A program made the translations under genes and the position numbers. From assembly GCA_965204735.1 (NCBI GenBank), contig OZ242008.1, positions 2,080,001-2,144,000 of the forward strand: DNA of 64,000 bases, in the 5' to 3' direction. Below the pieces are notes generated by a model, which did no database searches, was not told where the DNA came from, and was given only the letters and a program-made list of their open reading frames with translations. Source of the DNA: Longimicrobiales bacterium. GTDB taxonomy: Bacteria; Gemmatimonadota; Gemmatimonadetes; Longimicrobiales; Gaopeijiaceae. Below are positions 60,201-64,000 of this stretch, one piece after another. The number at the start of each line of letters is the position of its first letter. Positions within the stretch are counted from its first letter, which is position 1.

Positions 60201-63200
60201 CACCACCACGTACCGGAACACCAGCGACGTCGTCCCCGTGCCCGACGCGTACGCCGCCTGACGCGTCTGCGCGCCGATCCCCAAAGCCAGCCGCGGCGTA
60301 CCCGTCACGTCCACCGACTTGTTGAACCGCACCGTCGCAACCACCGTGTCGCCGCGCTCGAACGTCGTGCCCGTCGGCGGCGACGCCACCGTCAGGCCCG
60401 TCACGCCCGGCGGTCCCAGCCCGCCGTTCACCTTGTGCGACGCCGCGTTCGTCACCGCGCTCGACCCCAGCCCCAGCGCAGCAGCAGCAGCGCCCGGCCG
60501 CACGTCCGCAATCGTACCCCCGTTCAACGTCAGCGCGCTCGCTGCGATGCTGAGCCCGTCCGCGTCCGCGTCCGAAGGACGAACCGCGTACCCGAACACC
60601 AGCGTGTCCACCTTGCTCGAAGCCGAATCGTAGACCGCCTGCCTAGTCGTCGTCCCGATCGTCAGCGCCAGCCGCGGCGTGCCCGTCACCGCCACCGGTC
60701 GCCCGAACGCCACCTTCACCTCGATCGACTCGCCCAACTGGTACGTCTGACCGCTCGCCGGAGCGCTCGACACCGTCACCGCGCTCACTGCCGGCGTCGT
60801 GAACGTACTGCCAGACACCTGGTGGCCGCCACTGTTCGTCACCGCGCTCGCGCCCAGCCCCAACGTCGCGTCCAGCGTCCCGCCAGCCAGACGGATCGTC
60901 CCGCCGCTCAACGTCAGCGCGCCCGCTCCGATGCTCAATCCGTCCGCGTCCGCGTCGCCGCTCGCCACCACGTACTGGAACAGCAGCCCCGTCGTGCCCG
61001 TGCCGCTCGCGTAGCTCGCCTGCCTCGTCGCTGAACCGATCGTCAGCGCGAGCCGCGGCGTGCCCGTCACGTCCACCGCGCGGTTGAACTCCAGTTCGAC
61101 CGCGATCGTCTCGCCACGCTCGAACACGTCGCCCACCACAGGAGAACTGATCGTCAGCGCATTCACCCCCGGCGGTCCCAGGTTGCCGTCCACCTTGTGC
61201 GCAGCAGCGTTCGATATCGCGTGCGTGCCCAAGCCCAGGCTCGCGTTCGTCGTGCCGCCCGCGATCCGGATCGCGCCGCCGTTCAGCGCCAAAGCGCTCG
61301 CACCGATGCTGATCCCCGTCGAATCCGCGTCCGCAGCCACCACCGTGTACTCGAACCTCAACGTCCGCGTGCCCGTACCCCCCGCGTAATACGCGAACCT
61401 GCTCACGCTCCCGACGGTGATCAACACGTACGGCGTCCCGAGAGTTGTCGCCCCCGGCGTGCCCGTCACGTCCACCGAACGCTCGAACTCGACCTCCACC
61501 TCGATCGCCTCCGTACGTCCGTACGTGCTGTCGCTCGCCGGCGCACTCGCGATCGACACGCCGCTCACCACCGGCGCCACCTCCTTCGTCCCGTCCACCT
61601 GGTACGCCACCGCGTCCGCGAAGTTCCACGGAACCAGCGACAGCCGCGCGTCCGTCGTCGTCCCCGTCGCACGAATCGTCGCGCCGCCCGGCAACGTCAG
61701 CGCGCTCGCACCGATGCTGATCCCCGTCGAGTCCGCGTCCGCCGCAACCACCGTGTAGCAGAACACCAAGATGACGCCGCCCCCTGTCGTGCCGCACAGC
61801 GCAGCGCTCCGCGTCTGCGAACCGATCCCCAGCGCCAGTCGCGGCGTGCCCGTCACCGTCACGCCCGTGTTGAACCCGACCCCCACGCGTATCTCGTCGC
61901 CCAGACCGTACACGCTGTCCGTGCTCGCGTAAGAAATCCCGGTGTTCGCCGCCGACATGAAGAACGCGCTTGTCACGTACGGTACGGCGCCCGAAACCTT
62001 GTGCGCCGAAGCGTTCGAAAACACGTGCGAGCCCAACGCCAGGTCCGCCGCGTCCGACCACTGCCGACCGTCCGCGATCGTGTCCGCCGCGCTCACCGCC
62101 AGTGCGCCCGCGCCCACGCTGATCCCGTCCGCGTCCGCGTCCGTCGCCTGAACCACGTACCGAAACGTCACTCGCGTGAACGTCGCGTCCCTGCGGTTGT
62201 ACTCCGCCTGGCGCGTCGAGTCGCCGACCTCCAACGCCAGACGCGGCGTCCCCGCCACGTACACCCCCCGCACGAACTCCACCTCCACCTCGATCGCCTC
62301 GCCCGCCAAGTACGTGTCGCCCACCACAGGACTGCTCGTTATCCTCAACCCCTTCACCACCGGCGTCGTCCGCGTGTTGCCCGCCACCTTGTGCGCCGCG
62401 CTGTTCGTCACCGTGTGAGCGCCCAAACCCAACGCCGCGTCCGTCGTCGTCCCCATCTGCCGGATCGTCGACCCGGACGGAGTCTCCAGCGCGTTCGCGC
62501 CGATGCTGATCCCGTCCGTGTCCGCGTCCGTCTGGAACACCGTGTACTCGAACTCCAGCGACGCAGTCCCCGAACCCCTCGCGTAGAGCGCGTTCCGCAA
62601 ACTCGACCCGATCCCGAGCCGAACCCGCGGCCTGTTTGCGCCTGTGGTGGGCGTCACCGTCACCGCCGCGTTGAACTCCACCGTCACGACCACCACGTCG
62701 CTCAACTCGAACGTGCTGTCCGCCGGAGCATCGCCGATCGACACGCCCGTCACCCCCGGCGGCCCCAGATTGCCGTCCACCTTGTGCGCAGCCGCGTTCG
62801 TGATCGTGTGGCTGCCCAGACCAAGGTTCGCGACCGCCGTGCCGCCCGCGATCCGGATCGTCCCGCCGTTCAGCGCCAGAGCGCTCGCGCCGATGCTGAC
62901 CCCCGTCGCGTCGCTGTCCGTCGGCACAACCGTGTAGCGGAACCTCAAGGAGCGCGTTCCGGTGCCCGCCGCGTAGTCCGCCTGCCGCGTCTGCGTCCCG
63001 ATCCCCAGCGTCACCTGCGGCGTCCCCGTCGCGTCCACCGGGCGGTCGAAGTCGACCTTGACCTCGATCGTGTCGCCCGTCGCGTACGTCGAGTCGGCGC
63101 CCGCGTCGCTGCTGATCGACACGCCGCTGACGTTCGGCGCCGCCTCCTTGGCGCCGTCAACCTGGAAAGCGATGTTGTTCGTGATCTCGTATCCAGCCAG

Positions 63201-64000
63201 CGACACGTTCGCGTCCGTCGTCGTCCCCTGCCGCCGAATGTAGGCCCCAGACCCGGTAGGGAACGTCAGCGCGGTCGCGCCGATGCTGATCCCGGTCGAG
63301 TCGCTGTCCGCCGCCACGACCGTGTAGCAGAAGAGCACAAACCTGGCGGCGGTGCTGCACGCCGGGGCCTGCCGCGTCTGCGTCCCGATCCCCAGCGCCA
63401 GTTGCGAATACATCTGCGTCGTCGTCGGAGCACTAATGTTCGTGTTGAACCCAACGGCCACCCAAATCTGGTCCCCAAGCCCGAACACGCTGTCCGTGCT
63501 CGCAAAGAACGTCTGCACCCCCTGCGGGTTCGCGAAAAACATGGTCGTCACGTAAGGCACGTCGCCCGTCACCTTGTGCCCCGCCGCGTTCGAGATCGCG
63601 TTCGTCCCCAACCCCAAGTTCGCGGCCGTCGTGCCGCCCGCGATCCGGATCGTCCCGCCGTTCAGCGCCAGCGCGCTCGCGCCGATGCTGATGCCGTTCG
63701 CGTCCGCGTCCGCCACGACCACTGCATAGCGGAACGTCAAAGACCTGGTGCCCGTGCCCGCCGCGTAGCCCGCCTGCCGCGTCAGCGTGTCGATCCCCAG
63801 CGCCACCTGCGGCGTCCCCGTCACATCCACCGGGCGGTCGAAGTCGACCTTGACCTCGATCACGTTCCCTTCCGCGTACGCGCTGTCCGCGCCCGGGTCG
63901 CTGCTGATCGTCACGCCGCTCACGTTCGGCGCCACCTCCACCGTGCCGTCCACCTGGTAGGCCACATTGTTCGTGAACGTGTGGTCAGCCAGCGACACGT
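51270..64000 (-). CDS. Giant repetitive surface adhesin with cadherin domains and autotransporter-like C-terminus (5'-partial, >4240 aa)
   Basis: About 23 repeats of ~120-135 aa, then five cadherin-like domains (NVNxxPxF / TATD motifs), one Ig-like domain and a beta-barrel region (WTLWGQ...GLDYR...SLYPY). The ORF runs off the window end. Confidence 0.88.
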   Translation of the reverse strand, partial: VSLADHTFTNNVAYQVDGTVEVAPNVSGVTISSDPGADSAYAEGNVIEVKVDFDRPVDVTGTPQVALGIDTLTRQAGYAAGTGTRSLTFRYAVVVADADANGISIGASALALNGGTIRIAGGTTAANLGLGTNAISNAAGHKVTGDVPYVTTMFFANPQGVQTFFASTDSVFGLGDQIWVAVGFNTNISAPTTTQMYSQLALGIGTQTRQAPACSTAARFVLFCYTVVAADSDSTGISIGATALTFPTGSGAYIRRQGTTTDANVSLAGYEITNNIAFQVDGAKEAAPNVSGVSISSDAGADSTYATGDTIEVKVDFDRPVDATGTPQVTLGIGTQTRQADYAAGTGTRSLRFRYTVVPTDSDATGVSIGASALALNGGTIRIAGGTAVANLGLGSHTITNAAAHKVDGNLGPPGVTGVSIGDAPADSTFELSDVVVVTVEFNAAVTVTPTTGANRPRVRLGIGSSLRNALYARGSGTASLEFEYTVFQTDADTDGISIGANALETPSGSTIRQMGTTTDAALGLGAHTVTNSAAHKVAGNTRTTPVVKGLRITSSPVVGDTYLAGEAIEVEVEFVRGVYVAGTPRLALEVGDSTRQAEYNRRDATFTRVTFRYVVQATDADADGISVGAGALAVSAADTIADGRQWSDAADLALGSHVFSNASAHKVSGAVPYVTSAFFMSAANTGISYASTDSVYGLGDEIRVGVGFNTGVTVTGTPRLALGIGSQTRSAALCGTTGGGVILVFCYTVVAADADSTGISIGASALTLPGGATIRATGTTTDARLSLVPWNFADAVAYQVDGTKEVAPVVSGVSIASAPASDSTYGRTEAIEVEVEFERSVDVTGTPGATTLGTPYVLITVGSVSRFAYYAGGTGTRTLRFEYTVVAADADSTGISIGASALALNGGAIRIAGGTTNASLGLGTHAISNAAAHKVDGNLGPPGVNALTISSPVVGDVFERGETIAVELEFNRAVDVTGTPRLALTIGSATRQASYASGTGTTGLLFQYVVASGDADADGLSIGAGALTLSGGTIRLAGGTLDATLGLGASAVTNSGGHQVSGSTFTTPAVSAVTVSSAPASGQTYQLGESIEVKVAFGRPVAVTGTPRLALTIGTTTRQAVYDSASSKVDTLVFGYAVRPSDADADGLSIAASALTLNGGTIADVRPGAAAAALGLGSSAVTNAASHKVNGGLGPPGVTGLTVASPPTGTTFERGDTVVATVRFNKSVDVTGTPRLALGIGAQTRQAAYASGTGTTSLVFRYVVVAADVDADGLSVGASALTLNGGTIDVAGGTTDALLSLEHQAFSNFLVVNGGLFTAATVAGVSITSAPASDSTYGRTEQIEVEVTFNRRVMVTDTPQVALTIGTQTRQAEYASGTGTKTLTFGYVVVAADADANGISIGASALALNGGTISDARDATMAAGLGLGSYAITNAAAHKVNGNLGPPGVTGLVVASPPVGDTFERGDVIAATLTFNRAVDVTGTPQLALGIGSQTRQASYASGTGTTALVFQYTVVTADVDADGLSIGTSALALNSGTIRLSGGTLDATLGLSTHAVTNSTGHKVAGGTFTASSVSGVTISSAPSSGDTYGLGEEIEVEVSFVRPVVTGGAPQLALTVGARTRQAEYASGTFTKTLTFGYEVLAADADSNGISIGASALALNGGTINDARGGSTAASLGLGSSAIANAASHKVDGALGPPGVSALSIGSPHVGDTFERGETIEVKIAFTKAVAVTGTPQLALGIGSATKQASYAAGTGTDTLVFRYVVVTADEDSTGISIGTSALALNGGTIRVSGGATDAVLSLRDHFVTDNGNYKVAGGTFTAAAVSGVTISSAPSSDSTYGRTEVIEVEVGFTRPVAVTGAPQLALTIGSQTRQAAYASGSGTATLAFGYTVVAADEDSTGIGIAASALALNGGTINDARGGTTAAGLGLGSNAISNAAAHKVDGSRGPPGVTGLSIGAPTVGDTFERGETIEVSLVFNRSVDVTGTPRLALTIGSATRQAAYASGTGTDTLVFRYVVASGDADADGLSIAASALALNGGTIRVAGGTLDATLGLGASAVANSAGHKVAGGTFTTPAVSAVTVSSTPASASTYQLGEQIEVKVAFGRPVAVTGSPRLALTIGTVTRQASYVAASSKADTLVFGYAVRPADADTDGISIGASALTLNGGTIADVRPGAAAAALGLGTNAVSNAASHKVNGSLGPPGVVGMSVAAPPVGATFERGDTVVATVTFNKAVDVTGTPQLALSIGTQTRQAGYASGTGTTALVFRYVVVQADADTDGLSVGASALALNGGTIDVAGGTTDALLSLAHHAISNDGARRVAGGTFTASSVSEVSITSSPAGGSTYGLSEQIEVEVTFNRNVTVTGAPQLALTIGSQTRQAAYVSATAGKQLTFQYEVVAGDADANGLSIGASALGLNGGAIADARDGTTAASLGLGSHAISNDAAHRVDGAQGPPGVSGVSIASPPIGDTFERGDTIIATVTFNKGVDVTGTPQLALTIGAATKQASYASGTGTASLVFRYLVVTADTDADGLSIGASALALNGGTIDVAGGTVDAVLGLGAHAVSNSSGHKVAGGTFTAASVSGVSLTSSPAVATTYGRGEQVEVQVTFNRRVVVTGTPQMALTVGAQTRQADYASGTGTHTLTFRYTVVQADADTDGISIGASALALNSGTIADARNGTTAAALGLGSHALSAAAGHKVDGTLAGASVTGVAVSSTPESGDTYGLGERIEVQVTFDRAVTVTGAPQLALTVGTATRQASYAAGSGTATLSFAYRVQGAGSGGSGTGGVDADADGVGVAAAALTLNGATIVNTADGVRPAVLALGSHAIAAAANDKVDGTVEAVPAVVGMAVTSTPGANGLYGPRSVIRVAVTFSRPVEVAGAPQQAGHMSAATAPVRLSIEIGTAVRHASYVSGSGTPVLVFEYVVQPADRDEDGISIAADALTAAGGALRIAGGTTAATLDLSSYAVENLEEHQVNGAGGTDPVFGRAEYEFELTEDELGPVVVGTVSATDPFGGEVTYSLAAGDEGLFEVDARTGEVRYVGTGEDAEARSEFVMIVRATADDGERTGDATVTVRLVNVNDAPVFTAERYAFAMAENVAGPLALGVAEAVDLDEGDTLTYRLASGDADRFEVDGATGAVRYVGTGEDYEGPGPKSWELEVTATDLAGSSAKALVAVALTNVNEGPAFADSAYAFDLAENARGPLLLGAVRATDPDGGDWLSYALTAGDAERFKVNATSGAVQYVGTGEDAETGPGSWELEVTATDRGGLVARTRVVVTLEDRNEGPVFVEAIWEWELAEHVAGPVELGAVEATDVDAGDTLRYSLSGASAALFDVGESSGVVRYVGAGEDAETGPEGWEFEVVATDRAGLAAVAKVRVLLLDVNEAPAFVDSAYAFDLAENVRGPRELGRVEATDPDRGDALTYSLAQGDAGRFQVDGASGRVRYVGAGEDYEDGPPEFALTVRVTDGGGLTAEAAVVVTLLDVNEGPEAVGSLSPPVLEVGGAPWEVGLGEYFRDPDGDALSYAVVSSSPSVAAASVSGAGRLSVSPREIGAAVVTVTATDAGGLTATQQASVTVSASRADRARALKLTLAAFGRSLGTETVDAIGGRLGLESSGSPGGSHVQLGGRSLSCVAFGGGRDSGGTSSGTASAHAGPDEGGAGLGGGVSGGRCGLESLVRDATGLLGFQITHPGTGSGPGGIPSGTLDLAAIFFGDGATGLGGAPSGTLGLGGSYQGQREEDAGRAERTRGGVAFSPLTGRDLRSRSSFQLSFGGGSPDGQGGAGADAASSASASPDASPAQAASQAGWTLWGQANVGEFEGRPEDDFAMDGRTRSAYVGLDYRFGSGFLMGLAGSRSDVAANYESGINGVGKTKAHLTSLYPYLSWSSQGGFGIWGLAGAGMGAANVGEMGPTYDADLRMRMGALGVRQQLVGGLALKADAFAVRMMTDASNGHVAAVTADAQRVRLAPELGGQWTSSGVAMRTRIEVGGRYDRGDAETGMGAEAGAELGFTHAGSGLSLDARGRMLLIHQDRNFKDWGAAVALRVQPGREDGGLSFSLEPSWGNASGGAQTLWQGGADVWRTAGVPGRGAPAPAAQPGGVPASGDQAGYGGPAAPGGPASPGGVPAHGFPSAHGFGAPQNARGWAPSRLAMQVGYGVLLPGGGQIKPFGRWSREGAAGYRLNVGTQWAMLGGETAEQQAPGLRLVMDFFGEQVADGLQPPERRVGLVGRIAFD

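Noticed and set aside
51573..61034. 3153-aa ORF on the + strand
   Set aside because: Antisense shadow of the adhesin. It is Arg/His/Ala-rich with no motifs and is explained by GC-rich codon bias.

Overview
High-GC bacterial chromosomal segment. The gene content (TonB-dependent receptors, a VPS10/BNR protein, a giant cadherin autotransporter, many defence cassettes) suggests a host-associated Gram-negative such as a sponge-type Gemmatimonadota; this is an inference only. The first 22 kb is a CRISPR-Cas locus with two different, apparently intact type I-G (I-U) interference modules in tandem: cas3-csx17(cas8g1)-csb1-csb2 and csb1-csb2-cas3-csb3(cas8g2). They are separated by a 138-bp cas4 relic, a dead AAA-ATPase and an XRE/IrrE-peptidase + DUF4411 PIN pair. 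Both modules share one cas4/1-cas2 module and one 39-repeat array, which has anomalous leader-proximal units and is cut off by an IS3 element inserted at the end of a repeat. Downstream are: pheA and an FAD oxidoreductase; a Fur-box-preceded operon (CbiX-like lipoprotein, HmuY-like protein, TonB receptor); a HipA-like kinase/HIRAN pair; an ABC-ATPase with a broken DUF4276-like partner; a metal-uptake TonB operon led by a His/Cys uORF ending in an RGPP arrest-like motif; tRNA-Ile2(CAT); an intact IS1202-family element with a 17-bp target duplication; the site-2 protease-scpA-scpB-rluB-upp operon; rpsT; an AbiE type IV TA pair; and the 3' 12.7 kb of a giant repetitive autotransporter adhesin. 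All family assignments come from motif recognition by eye, not from database searches.
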